Source: Promethearchaeati archaeon SRVP18_Atabeyarchaeia-1 (lineage in GTDB: Archaea > Asgardarchaeota > Atabeyarchaeia > Atabeyarchaeales > Atabeyarchaeaceae). From it: a stretch of DNA of 64,000 bases. The notes beneath the pieces are model-generated. The model was not told where the DNA came from. It was given only the letters and a program-made list of their open reading frames with translations, and made no database searches. Below are positions 1 through 9,826 of the stretch, in pieces. The stretch's first letter is position 1; every line of letters begins with the position of its first letter. The stretch spans positions 1,824,001 through 1,888,000 of the forward strand of contig CP147779.1 of assembly GCA_037308085.1 (NCBI GenBank). Reading direction: 5' to 3'. The position numbers were made by a program, and so were the translations under genes.

Positions 1-40
1 AAACAAGGGGATCACGAAGAAGAAGACCGAGGAGGGATAG
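1..40 (+). CDS. 3' end of an upstream gene (probably the hydrogenase small subunit VhuG/MvhG), truncated by the window edge
   Basis: Open frame NKGITKKKTEEG* ends at TAG 38-40, directly before the hydrogenase large subunit. Identity is inferred from context only. Confidence 0.4.
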   Translation, partial: NKGITKKKTEEG

Positions 41-43
41 AAC

Positions 44-1366
44 ACGACCAGCACCGGCGAGAAGAAGATAGAGATCAAACCTGTCACCAGACTCGAAGGG
101 CACGGCAACATAACGATAGTGCTTGACAAATCCGGAAAGGTGAAGGATGCCCGCTTTGACACGACAAACGCCAGATTCTTTGAGAAGTTCCTTGAAGGAA
201 GAAGAGCTGAGGACGCACCAATAATCGCTCCGAGGATCTGTGGCATATGCCCCGAGCCACATCACCTCGCTTCGGTCAAAGCCGTTGAAGCTGCTTGGGA
301 CATAGATCCGCCCAGGCCAGCGAAGAAGCTGAGAGAGCTGCTAATCAATGGCAAGCAAATCGCGAGTCACGCCCTAAGCTTCTACGCACTCGCGGCGCCA
401 GATTTCGTTGTTGGACCTTTCGCTGACCCCGCCGTAAGAAATGTCGTGACTGTGATAAACAAGCTTCCCGATGTGGGCAAGAAAGCTTTGGAGCTAATGC
501 ACATCGGGCAGGAGCTATGCGGAATAGTGGGAGGGAAAGCGATACACCCGATCACGGCAATACCTGGAGGCATGTCGAAACCACTCGAGGAGGACAGAAG
601 AGACTATCTCATAAAGAGGATTAGTAGAGCACTAGATTTGTCCCAGTTCACGTTGGACCTGGCTAAGCAAATCATCTCAGACTACTGGGATGTGGTTAGT
701 AAGATAGCTGTCGTAGAAACATACTACGTTGGGCTAACGAACAACGGAGTCCACACCATATACGACGGCAACATTAGGGTAATGGGTCCCAACGGCAAAA
801 TTGAAACCGACTCTCCTCCAAAACAATACCTAAGTTTTCTGAGCGAACAGATTGTGACCCATAGCTACGTCACGCACGTATTCTACAAGCCGGCTGGGTA
901 CCCAGCAGGAATATGGAGAGCAGGGCCACTGCCCAGAATAAACGTCGTTGACAGGATGGCGACTCCACTCGCGCAGGCTGCACTCACAGAACTCAGGGAA
1001 AAGGTTGGAAGACCCTGCCACGCAACCTTTGCCTATCACTGGGCGAGAATGATAGAGCTTGTTGCTGCAGCTGAGAGAGCGAAGGAACTCCTTGAAGACA
1101 AGGAGATAGTCGACCCCGACGTGAAGAATGAGGTCGTAAGAACCAAGGAAGGAAACGGCGTGGGGGCAGTCGAGGCTCCGAGAGGAACTCTTATACACAA
1201 CTACTGGACAGACAGGGAAGGAATTATCACAAAAGCAAATTTAATTGTGGCAACGAATAACAACGCCGGGGCAATAGACAAGTCCCTGAAGGTAGCATCA
1301 AAACAGATATTCGAGGACAAGGCATATCTCACACTCAAACTTCCCAAACCAATGATACGTGACTAG
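44..1366 (+). CDS. vhuA: [NiFe] hydrogenase large subunit, group 3c VhuA/MvhA type, lacking the C-terminal DPCxxC segment
   Basis: In-frame N-terminal motif IEIKPVTRLEGHG lies upstream of the track start (119). L1 motif RICGIC, EAPRGTLIH and ANLIVATNN present. Ends KQIFEDK...PMIRD* with no L2 motif. Start placed at ACG 44 after GGAGGG 31-36. Confidence 0.85.
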   Translation, partial: TTSTGEKKIEIKPVTRLEGHGNITIVLDKSGKVKDARFDTTNARFFEKFLEGRRAEDAPIIAPRICGICPEPHHLASVKAVEAAWDIDPPRPAKKLRELLINGKQIASHALSFYALAAPDFVVGPFADPAVRNVVTVINKLPDVGKKALELMHIGQELCGIVGGKAIHPITAIPGGMSKPLEEDRRDYLIKRISRALDLSQFTLDLAKQIISDYWDVVSKIAVVETYYVGLTNNGVHTIYDGNIRVMGPNGKIETDSPPKQYLSFLSEQIVTHSYVTHVFYKPAGYPAGIWRAGPLPRINVVDRMATPLAQAALTELREKVGRPCHATFAYHWARMIELVAAAERAKELLEDKEIVDPDVKNEVVRTKEGNGVGAVEAPRGTLIHNYWTDREGIITKANLIVATNNNAGAIDKSLKVASKQIFEDKAYLTLKLPKPMIRD

Positions 1367-1550
1367 CGCTGACACGTTACCGAAGCATCTCAAGGACTAC
1401 CAGCAAACTAGGCATTTGCTGAGTATCGCTTGGCATGCCCGTGATCCGATGGAAAGACAATAGAAGCAGATTGGAAGACCTGAGATCACAATTTGCCAGC
1501 GGAATAGACGAACCCGCGGAAAAGGAAAGGGAGAGCTTCTCGAAAAAGGC

Positions 1551-2240
1551 TCAGCGATGGAGGATCTCTAGCATTCTAACCGCGTTCTCTCTCATGTTGG
1601 TGTCGTTGTTGAAGAATACATGGACTCTCTTCGGTTTCTTCGCGCGAATCTTGCCGGCGATTTCTTCTAGCTCCCTGTCGGAGTAGTTGTGTGAGTACCA
1701 AGAGCGTCGCCCGTGGATTCTCTCATAAACTGATCCGCTCGTGTTGTAGACCTCGAGCGGGAAGTCCGGGCTGTCGATGCTTACCCATGTGAGCCCAAGC
1801 TTTGTCGCCCAATCTATCCACCTTTCACTAAACCAATTGATATTCCTGACTTCCAGGGCGAATCTCTCGGCAAGCTTGGTCTTCTTTACGAATTCCTCAA
1901 GCTTTGGCGCGATGGAGGGCTTCATTGACGGCGGAATCTGAAACAAGTAGAAGTCTATATTCACATCCATAGGACTAAAGAGATCGGCGAATTTCTGCCA
2001 TGAAGAGAAACCCTTGTCGCTGAATTTGAATAGGTGAGTGATAAAACGGCTTGCTTTTATCGCCCATCGCAGCTTCGCACCCTTTGTCGCCCAGGACTTC
2101 ACTTGGCTTGGAAAAGGGAACCTATAGTAGCTCATGTTCAGCTCCACAGAATTCAAGCCGGAGTTCTCAATATACCAGTCGAGGTTGTTGCCACGATTCC
2201 AGGAATACATCCAGCCCGAGGTTCCCACGAATACCTTCAT
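1551..2240 (-). CDS. DUF72 family protein
   Basis: VGTSGWMY, SVELNMSYYRFP, LFQIPPS, LEVRN, YERIHGR and VFFNND are typical DUF72 motifs. Confidence 0.9.
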   Translation of the reverse strand: MKVFVGTSGWMYSWNRGNNLDWYIENSGLNSVELNMSYYRFPFPSQVKSWATKGAKLRWAIKASRFITHLFKFSDKGFSSWQKFADLFSPMDVNIDFYLFQIPPSMKPSIAPKLEEFVKKTKLAERFALEVRNINWFSERWIDWATKLGLTWVSIDSPDFPLEVYNTSGSVYERIHGRRSWYSHNYSDRELEEIAGKIRAKKPKRVHVFFNNDTNMRENAVRMLEILHR

Positions 2241-2517
2241 TGACAGGCGCCTCCCTTCCTGAACTATCTCTCCTTGGCTCGGCGCACGCTAATTAAAGTT
2301 CTCTTTGTGTGAGGATTGCTCAAAGCACAGGCCCCGTGCAGCCAAACATGTGGGAAGTCATGGTGAGGAAGAGGTGAAGAAGGAGAAGCTTAATCATCCA
2401 GCAACTCTGGCTTTGGGAGGGTCCGGAAGCACGTCGAGTACCTGCCCAGGAGAGATAGCAGGCGACCGATGCCTCACTCGGTCTTGTTCTCTGTTACCAA
2501 CAATGAATCATACAGAG

Positions 2518-3111
2518 CTAACCACCTGTGCCAACGGCGAGGCATAGCGACCCTAAGATCCCAGCGGGGACCAGCACATAGTACTCGTAGAGGGAAAAGA
2601 ACAGGGAGATTCCTAGGATTCCCCCGATGACGTACAGTATTCCGATGAAAAACCAAAGAGGGCGCCGGGAGCGACGCCTGCGCTGCGCGATGAAGAATCC
2701 GCCAATCGACAACATAACGACTCCCAAGATTGTATCGTCGAGAACGCTAAGAAATATGCCGGCGATTGTCGGCAAATAGAAGTATTGAGAGAAATAGACA
2801 TAGGTGTAGCCTGGAGCATACTGGATTCCGAGGGGCGCCAGACCATAGTCTATCATGCCCAAGATCGCAGCGGCTATGCCAAAAAGGGACCCGATTACTG
2901 CTGCAGAATCAAAAGTGAAATCGCGGTAATTGTCTATTGTGGCGACCACAGTCAGAGAGGATGCGACCAGGAGGATTGCGTAATTGATGACTCCGTACCG
3001 GGCGAAGTCCATGAAGCCCAATGTGACATAGCTCGCGGCGATCGAGACAATCGCGAAGCATGAAAGCAGTAGCTGACCGATTATGCCGATGCCAATCTCA
3101 ATATCAAACAT
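2518..3111 (-). CDS. Hypothetical multi-pass membrane protein
   Basis: 197 aa with about 5-6 hydrophobic segments and an Arg-rich loop. Confidence 0.7.
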   Translation of the reverse strand: MFDIEIGIGIIGQLLLSCFAIVSIAASYVTLGFMDFARYGVINYAILLVASSLTVVATIDNYRDFTFDSAAVIGSLFGIAAAILGMIDYGLAPLGIQYAPGYTYVYFSQYFYLPTIAGIFLSVLDDTILGVVMLSIGGFFIAQRRRRSRRPLWFFIGILYVIGGILGISLFFSLYEYYVLVPAGILGSLCLAVGTGG

Positions 3112-3492
3112 TCCCGATGTTGCCCCTCTGCTATTTTGGAACCGATCCTAAGAGTCGACCTGCAGACCCCTGTCTGCAAACTTCGCCAATCTCGTTGTAG
3201 ATGAAAACACCCACGTTATATAAATCTGACGCTCCTTGCCACGTCGATCTGAGTACGTTTTGTGCGTTGACCTTTCTAGGAGGCGATGTCTTATCCAGGT
3301 TCTTCGCAAAAGTTTAAGAGTCTGTTGAACCTCGGGGATAGCATCTCGCCCTGGGCTATACGAACTCTTCTTCTAGCTATTCAACGGATATGAGTCGGGC
3401 TCACAGAATAGAAAGCATCACAACAAGAAGACGATGACGCCAGTTCCATATTTCCATGCAAACAATGAAACCAAAGGAGCTTGTCGTGACCT

Positions 3493-4623
3493 GTGCGGAG
3501 ACCACCTGCAATTCAGACACTATCACAGATCGCGACGGGGGCCTCGATTATCTTCATTCCGAACCTCTCAGAAGACCTAGGCGCAGACAATACAATTGTT
3601 GGGGTCATCGGTGCTATTTATGCTCTAGCCCTTTTCGTCTCGTCTTATATCTTTGGAAGAGAGTCAGACGTTCACGATCGGAGGATATTCATCAAAATAG
3701 GTCTTGGGCTCTCGATCATCACATTTCTGTTGCAGGCGCTTTCAGATCCCATCTTTTTTGCTCCGCTTCTGATCCATCCGTGGTTGCTTGCGCTTATACG
3801 TTTCTTGACAGGCTTCACGGCAGGAATGGTGCCCGCAGCCTTGACGGCGTACGTTTACGACTCAAAGGGTCAAATGGGGAGATTCTCTGCGTACGGATCA
3901 CTAGGATCCGGGCTGGGATCGCTGCTGGCCGGTTTCATAGCAATATACTGGGGCATCTTTGTTCTCAGTTCACTCTGCTTTGCGGTCGCCTTCGCGATTT
4001 CACTCACTTTGCCAGGATCTAGTAATGTATCCTTGAAGGTCTCGTTCTTCCCGACCGCTCTCATGAAAAGAAACTGGTATGTATACGCATCATTCTTCCT
4101 AAGGAATTTCGGGGCCAATGCCATATGGGCTGTGTATCCTCTTTTCATAGCCCAACTGGGGGGTGACAAGTTCTGGACGGGGATAATTCTCACCACAAAC
4201 TGGCTGGCCCAGTTCGTAATCATGTCCGTTCTCGACCGGTTTAACAGCAGAAAGTTGCTCGGTGCCGGTCTACTACTATCTGCAGCTGCTTTCGTTGCAT
4301 TCACCTTCGCCCAGAACTTCTATCAGTTGATTCCCATGCAACTGCTACTTGCCTCTGCATGGTCAACTCTCTACGTCGGTGCGCTGGTCTTCCTAATCGA
4401 GCACAATGTCGAAAAAGCCACGTGTTCGGGTATACTCAACTCAACGTCAAATCTCTCCGTCGTGTTCGGAAGCTTGCTGGGAGGAATCGTCTCACAGTTC
4501 TTTGGTTATGTCACAACCATGTACACAGCGGCTGCCGTAACTCTCATAGGATACGTGCTCTTCAGAATCGGAGTCAGAAGTACCATTAGAGAAAGTCCTT
4601 CCGAAGGTGCTCGGAAACGCTAA
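3493..4623 (+). CDS. Major facilitator superfamily transporter
   Basis: About 12 hydrophobic segments, motif-A-like FGRESDVHDRR, and RFLTGF. Confidence 0.9.
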   Translation: MRRPPAIQTLSQIATGASIIFIPNLSEDLGADNTIVGVIGAIYALALFVSSYIFGRESDVHDRRIFIKIGLGLSIITFLLQALSDPIFFAPLLIHPWLLALIRFLTGFTAGMVPAALTAYVYDSKGQMGRFSAYGSLGSGLGSLLAGFIAIYWGIFVLSSLCFAVAFAISLTLPGSSNVSLKVSFFPTALMKRNWYVYASFFLRNFGANAIWAVYPLFIAQLGGDKFWTGIILTTNWLAQFVIMSVLDRFNSRKLLGAGLLLSAAAFVAFTFAQNFYQLIPMQLLLASAWSTLYVGALVFLIEHNVEKATCSGILNSTSNLSVVFGSLLGGIVSQFFGYVTTMYTAAAVTLIGYVLFRIGVRSTIRESPSEGARKR

Positions 4624-4786
4624 CTTGTAGCGGAAACCTTTGTGCTTTGAATGCATCACTCTAGCTATTTGGCCCTGTTCGGTAGGTCGGCTTGGAGTGC
4701 AATTTGCAGTGCAAGTCAACCTTTGAAGAAGTAATCATGAAAACCGTTGATGGTCATCAGATTTACAGGCATCCATGAAACCAAGG

Positions 4787-5911
4787 CTAGTGGATTCTGG
4801 ACAACTTGACTTTCTGCTCCATCTCGGCCTGAGTCTTGACTGGGACTACGTCCCTGACTTTCTCCAGAGTAATAGCTTCGCTCGGGCAGTTCGAGGCACA
4901 AACGCCGCAACCTATGCAGAGATCCTCCCTGAGCACTATCTTGTTGTCCGACAGGTCATCTGCATGTGGCCAATGGTGGTACCTTGCCTCCATCGGGCAG
5001 ATTTTCACGCATTCCTCGCACTTGGTGCAGAGGTCATCGTTGGTCCTTGGAAGAAAGTTAGCTTTTGTTATGGCGCCGTAATTTCTCTGTTCCTTCACTG
5101 ATTTGAGGAAGCCGCAGCAGCATGGGCAGCAGTTGCAGATGAAGGTTGACGTCTCTTGTGCATTCATGGTCTCATGGACCAATCCCGCCTTTTCAGCTTT
5201 CTTCATGATCTCGAGCAGTTCATCCCGCTCCACTTTTCGACCAACTCCCTGCGATAGAACGTGCATCGCCAGTACCCCCGTAGTGACGCAGAAGTTCTCA
5301 TCGGTTCTCTTGCATGGTTCTCCAGCGTGCTTTGCAGCGTTACGGCAACTGCATGGGACTACGGCGAACAAGGTGGCTTTCGCGAGATATTGCTTCATGA
5401 CCTCGTACGGGAGAACTTGGTGCTCCACGGCGACCGACTTGTTGAGATCAACTATCTTCTCAGTAGGATCCGCGGCGGGTATAACGCGGTATATCGGATA
5501 TTGACCTGCGCTTAACTCAAACGGATGCCCAGAGTGGAACAGTTCCTTAAATGCCTTTGCCGCCTTCTGCATTCTTTCTGGACTATCCCTATTGTGGGTG
5601 AAGTACACCTCGAAGAGTCCAGGTATGAAAGGCAGCAACGCGTAGCTGCTTCCTATCTTGATCATCTTGCCTTTGTAGACCATATCGTTCAGCATCTTCG
5701 TCAGCTTTTCTTTGGGCACGCGCGTCAATTCAGATATTCTCTCTGCTGGTAGGGGTTGGCTAGGCTTTTCGAAGACAGTCACAAGCTTCACTTCTTCCTG
5801 ATCGAAGATGCCACCTAGCATCTCGAATGTTGCTTTGAATTTTGGCAACTTGACTGCGGTTCCTCTGTTCATTATCTGGCGCAATCTCTCATAATCATCT
5901 TCATTTCCCAT
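4787..5911 (-). CDS. 4Fe-4S dicluster iron-sulfur protein with N-terminal HTH-like region
   Basis: CSCR, ICNCCPCCCG, CTKCEECVKICP and CIGCGVCASNCP. Confidence 0.85.
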   Translation of the reverse strand: MGNEDDYERLRQIMNRGTAVKLPKFKATFEMLGGIFDQEEVKLVTVFEKPSQPLPAERISELTRVPKEKLTKMLNDMVYKGKMIKIGSSYALLPFIPGLFEVYFTHNRDSPERMQKAAKAFKELFHSGHPFELSAGQYPIYRVIPAADPTEKIVDLNKSVAVEHQVLPYEVMKQYLAKATLFAVVPCSCRNAAKHAGEPCKRTDENFCVTTGVLAMHVLSQGVGRKVERDELLEIMKKAEKAGLVHETMNAQETSTFICNCCPCCCGFLKSVKEQRNYGAITKANFLPRTNDDLCTKCEECVKICPMEARYHHWPHADDLSDNKIVLREDLCIGCGVCASNCPSEAITLEKVRDVVPVKTQAEMEQKVKLSRIH

Positions 5912-6133
5912 GGAAGATTCTCCCCAAGAATTCTTTCAGTGGACTGCTATCACTGGATTACTCTTGCAATATAAGGATACTAGATTATGGACCGGCAACT
6001 TGCTTCCCTTGTCTTATACTGGGCTACCATGGGATCTCTTCCAGACACAGCCAGTAACAGGTTTAGGCTTCGTTAATGATATTAGGTGGGAACTCCTAGG
6101 GTTAGCAGAGCCTTAATTACTTGGGAGAGAAGA

Positions 6134-6346
6134 ATGGTCGCTGGATTAGAACCAGAAGAAGCCTTGCATTGCAAGGACTGTCCAAGATGGTACGGTGCAG
6201 AGGATGATGAAATTGGACCATGCTCTATAAAGCACGCTAGAGGAGACAAGAAGTACCTGACGCATGGGCATCATGAATGTGATGAACCAGAGCAGATGAA
6301 GTGGTTCGAGGAACAGAAGCGCAAGCACAAGAAGAAGGTTTCCTGA
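6134..6346 (+). CDS. Small Cys/His-rich putative metal-binding protein
   Basis: ATG 6134 after GGGAGAG. CKDC...C...HGHHEC motif and a basic tail. Confidence 0.6.
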   Translation: MVAGLEPEEALHCKDCPRWYGAEDDEIGPCSIKHARGDKKYLTHGHHECDEPEQMKWFEEQKRKHKKKVS

Positions 6347-6448
6347 GCAGCGACTTCAACAACCCCCGTCCTGGTGCGAGGCGGAAACTGCTCGCTTTCA
6401 AACTGTTCCGAAGATCATTGGAAGTAAACTCATGAGCCAATCAAGTCT

Positions 6449-7375
6449 TTGAAGCTGAGAATTGGAGTTGCCATAACTTTGGAGTTCTCTATTAGGACAT
6501 TCACGCTCGAAGATGTTGACTTCGCTGTGCGCGTATCGAGCAAGGAGAAGTGGGGGTACTCCAAGGAAGACTTTACGCTAATGTTTCTAATGGGGGTTGG
6601 AGATCACTATGTCGCGCAAGAGCAAGAGAGCGGAAGACGCGTTGGAATGCTATCAACCTATGTCTATGGAGGCAAACTCGCGTGGATCGGGAACGTAGTA
6701 GTCTCACAAGAGTCTAGGCATATGGGAGTCGCAACGATGCTCCTCAAACACGCATTAAGATCCTTGAGGAAGGGAGGAGTCAAGACCGTAAGACTCTACA
6801 GCTACATGAATGCAGAATCACTATATGAGAAGCTGGGATTCGCCCGCGAAGGGATTGTGGGTGTATTCTCAAAGGCTTCTAAGAGGAGGAAGATTGAAGC
6901 AGAGGAAGCCCTGCCACCGAGCCATGGTGATCTTCTGTCTCCAAATCAAATCGACCTACAACATCTTTACGAATACGACACCAATTGCTTCGGCTCAGAT
7001 CGCCAGAAAGTGCTCGCCGCCATGATCCGCACCGAGGGTATGGTATGCCTTGCAAAAGCTAGCGACAGAAATAGAAAGAGGATCATAGGTTACATCATGG
7101 CGTCTGCGGGAAAGAGAGAGAGCGAAGTAGGCCCCTTTGTCTGCGACCCAGAACGAAGAGACGCACTTGAAGAGCTCCTTAAAGCGGTCATAGACAGATT
7201 CGGGGAAAAACGGGTCACAGTGGCCGAACCTCTCGAAAACACAACAGGCACAGAGATCATGGAGAAACTCAGCTTTACCAAAACGATGGAGGTAGTAAAG
7301 ATGCGAAAGGGAAGAGACTTGTACAATGGAAGGCCAGAATGGATATTTGCTGTCGGAGGATTAGAGAAGGGATAG
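6449..7375 (+). CDS. Tandem GNAT family N-acetyltransferase
   Basis: WIGNVVVSQESRHMGVA (acetyl-CoA motif A) and LYEKLGF. Second GNAT-like domain with D..CFGSDR and VGPF. Confidence 0.85.
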   Translation: MKLRIGVAITLEFSIRTFTLEDVDFAVRVSSKEKWGYSKEDFTLMFLMGVGDHYVAQEQESGRRVGMLSTYVYGGKLAWIGNVVVSQESRHMGVATMLLKHALRSLRKGGVKTVRLYSYMNAESLYEKLGFAREGIVGVFSKASKRRKIEAEEALPPSHGDLLSPNQIDLQHLYEYDTNCFGSDRQKVLAAMIRTEGMVCLAKASDRNRKRIIGYIMASAGKRESEVGPFVCDPERRDALEELLKAVIDRFGEKRVTVAEPLENTTGTEIMEKLSFTKTMEVVKMRKGRDLYNGRPEWIFAVGGLEKG

Positions 7376-7443
7376 AGCGACAACCATTCTCAGTCCTATT
7401 GACGAAATCATGGTGATCCGACCAGCGAGAACCCTAGTGGGGA

Positions 7444-8400
7444 GTGTTCCTTGTGGACATCGTGGCACTTGGAGAATGCATGATCGAGTTTTTCTGCAAT
7501 GGATCAATTTCCGAGGCCAGGACTTTCGAAGCCTCGGCCGCGGGAGACACCTTAAACACGATAGTCGCAGCCTCACGCCTCGGGAGCAGGTGCGGATTCA
7601 TCACTAAAGTTGGAGGAGACGCGTTCGGAGATTTCCTGATCAATAGATGGAAATCAGAGAACATCGACACCTCTCATGCCGCTGTACGAACAGACGGGTT
7701 CAACGGAATATACTTCATATCCCTCCAGCCCAACGGACAGAGAGAATTCATATACTATAGGAAGGGAAGCGCTGCGTCCACCATCACGCCGCAGGACTTG
7801 GATCCTGCGTACATAGGATCGGCCAAGATTCTGCACACCAGCGGCATCTCCCAAGCAATATCCGAGACGTCCCTCGCGACAGTCGAGGAAGCGATCCACA
7901 TCGCTAGGAAACGCAACGTGAAGGTTTCATTCGATCCAAACTACCGACCTAAACTCTGGAGTAAGGAGAACGCCTTGAAGGCCTACGAAGCAATCCTTCC
8001 CCAAGTCGACATCGCGTTCCCAGATGAGACGTATGGCGCGCTCATCAATGAAGCGAAGCCGAGGGAGATACTCAAGTACTTCGCCAAATTCGAGATACCG
8101 ATAATTGCTCTAAAGCTGGGAGAGAAAGGCACGTTCGTGCAGGGACTAGAAAAGGAAGCGAAGAGCTGCGGGGTGTTGAACGTCGGCGTGAAGGATACAA
8201 CCGGGGCGGGAGATGCATTCAACGGCGGATTTCTTCACGCTGTCTGTGAGGGTCTTTCCTTGGAGGATGCAGCCATTCTCGGCACAATAACGGCTGGGCT
8301 CAAGGTTACGGGTAGAGGAGCCGTTGGATCTCTTCCACACAGAGGAGACGTATATCGACTTCTAAAAGCGGTGAAGTCTGGGAAGAAGCGCTTAGTTTAG
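7444..8400 (+). CDS. PfkB family sugar kinase (2-keto-3-deoxygluconate kinase-like)
   Basis: GECMIEF, AGDTLN, FDPNYRPKLW and the DTTGAGDAFNGGF PfkB signature. Confidence 0.9.
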   Translation: MFLVDIVALGECMIEFFCNGSISEARTFEASAAGDTLNTIVAASRLGSRCGFITKVGGDAFGDFLINRWKSENIDTSHAAVRTDGFNGIYFISLQPNGQREFIYYRKGSAASTITPQDLDPAYIGSAKILHTSGISQAISETSLATVEEAIHIARKRNVKVSFDPNYRPKLWSKENALKAYEAILPQVDIAFPDETYGALINEAKPREILKYFAKFEIPIIALKLGEKGTFVQGLEKEAKSCGVLNVGVKDTTGAGDAFNGGFLHAVCEGLSLEDAAILGTITAGLKVTGRGAVGSLPHRGDVYRLLKAVKSGKKRLV

Positions 8401-8531
8401 CGCTAATACTGGAGATAGATGTTTCAAATCCAATAATGCTAAAGTTTAGAAGCGATTGCATCAGATGTAAACCCTTATAAGCCCAAATTATTAATACTAC
8501 TAGAAAGATATGATAACTAGGTGAATAAGAA

Positions 8532-9239
8532 GTGAGCTACAATATCCCGCAAGTGAATATAAGTCCGAACGGTGAGCTAATCCCAAACCCAGGCGAAAAC
8601 TTGGTATCAACATACAGAGACGTTCACTACGACAAATGGGAAGGGGAAATCTACATAACTGACCTACGACTCGTCTGGATCGGGCTACAGCACAAAGGCG
8701 GTCTGCTCGGAAAACTTGCCAAGGCGGCGGTCGTCGCAGGAGTAGCAGTCGCAGCCGGCTATGCCGCGAGCAAGGTTTCAGCGAGAGTAGGCATTCCCTC
8801 AAGAATAGGTGGCTTGGGCGGCGGTGCGCTCGCAGGGTTGACGGTAGCGTCCTTGATGAGCAAGCACCCGGACGGCTCGCCAACGACAATATCCGTTCCC
8901 TACGAGGTTGTGTCCAGCATCCAGATCGGAAAGAACAAAAACGAGCTAATACTGGCTACTGAGGTGGGTGGATTTACATTCCGGTTTGAGAAGGGTGGCG
9001 CAGACACGGTTGCGACGGTAGTTAAGGCTCAGCACCTCAATGCGACTAAAAGGGTCCAAGCACAAGCACAAGCCCCGGCAGCACCATCTTATCAGCAACC
9101 TCCTCCCTATCAGCAACCTGCACCGGCATATGCGCAACCGGCGCCTCAACGTGGCCAAGCTTTCTACTGTCCTCACTGTGGGACACCCCTCGAACCCGGC
9201 GCAAGGTTCTGCCATAACTGTGGTGCAAGAATCGACTGA
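8532..9239 (+). CDS. PH-like (GRAM/GLUE-like) domain protein with Gly/Ala hydrophobic insert, Pro/Gln/Tyr-rich linker and C-terminal zinc ribbon
   Basis: GENLV...GEIYITDLRLVW GRAM-like pattern, a PPPY-containing repeat, and CPHCG...FCHNCG. Confidence 0.7.
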   Translation: MSYNIPQVNISPNGELIPNPGENLVSTYRDVHYDKWEGEIYITDLRLVWIGLQHKGGLLGKLAKAAVVAGVAVAAGYAASKVSARVGIPSRIGGLGGGALAGLTVASLMSKHPDGSPTTISVPYEVVSSIQIGKNKNELILATEVGGFTFRFEKGGADTVATVVKAQHLNATKRVQAQAQAPAAPSYQQPPPYQQPAPAYAQPAPQRGQAFYCPHCGTPLEPGARFCHNCGARID

Positions 9240-9341
9240 GATCGGCACCTTTGATGTAGGGCTGCTTTCATTCCAGCCCTCAACTTTTTGATTTCAGCCT
9301 ATGCCTTCTGCCCCTTCGGGAATCCTCTACGGTTCCGCTTG

Positions 9342-9800
9342 TCACTTGTGCCGACGCACTTCCTCTTGCAGTTTCCAGAACCTCTTTCTCAGACGTTTCT
9401 TGTGATCGATTAGGGACTTGACTTCATATTGCGTGCTAAATGGAGCTCCGCTCTGCCGGTTCTTCTCCCTTGGTTCCACGGGTTTCTCATCTAAGTCATC
9501 GTTTTCCGATGTCGTCTCCAAGTTCCCATCCGAATTGAATTCTCCTCCCTCATCAGCACCGTGGTCAACTTGACGAACCTCTTTCTTCAGTTCCCTTATC
9601 TTGACGGACAGTTCGCTCCTGACGCCCTTGAGTTTCCGGTATACTCTCCTCAGTTCCTTTTCCTTGTCTTTGCTGCTATCGACTGGAGACGGGTTGCCTA
9701 CTTCACGCGTCAAGCGGATCGACCTCGTGGTTGCGCATAATTCCCATGTTTCTACTAGACCCCGAAGAAGAAATAGATTACCCTTCCGTGGACACCGCAT
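9342..9800 (-). CDS. Hypothetical charged/coiled-coil protein (start uncertain)
   Basis: Basic helix, acidic linker, basic helix. No family recognised. Confidence 0.45.
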   Translation of the reverse strand: MRCPRKGNLFLLRGLVETWELCATTRSIRLTREVGNPSPVDSSKDKEKELRRVYRKLKGVRSELSVKIRELKKEVRQVDHGADEGGEFNSDGNLETTSENDDLDEKPVEPREKNRQSGAPFSTQYEVKSLIDHKKRLRKRFWKLQEEVRRHK

Positions 9801-9826
9801 GTGACTGGCGTTCTAACCTAGCTCCG

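Noticed and set aside
1367-1550. Possible vhuU or read-through continuation after vhuA
   Set aside because: Read-through of the TAG meets TGA two codons later, and no RAYDP(C/U) motif was seen in the forward frames.
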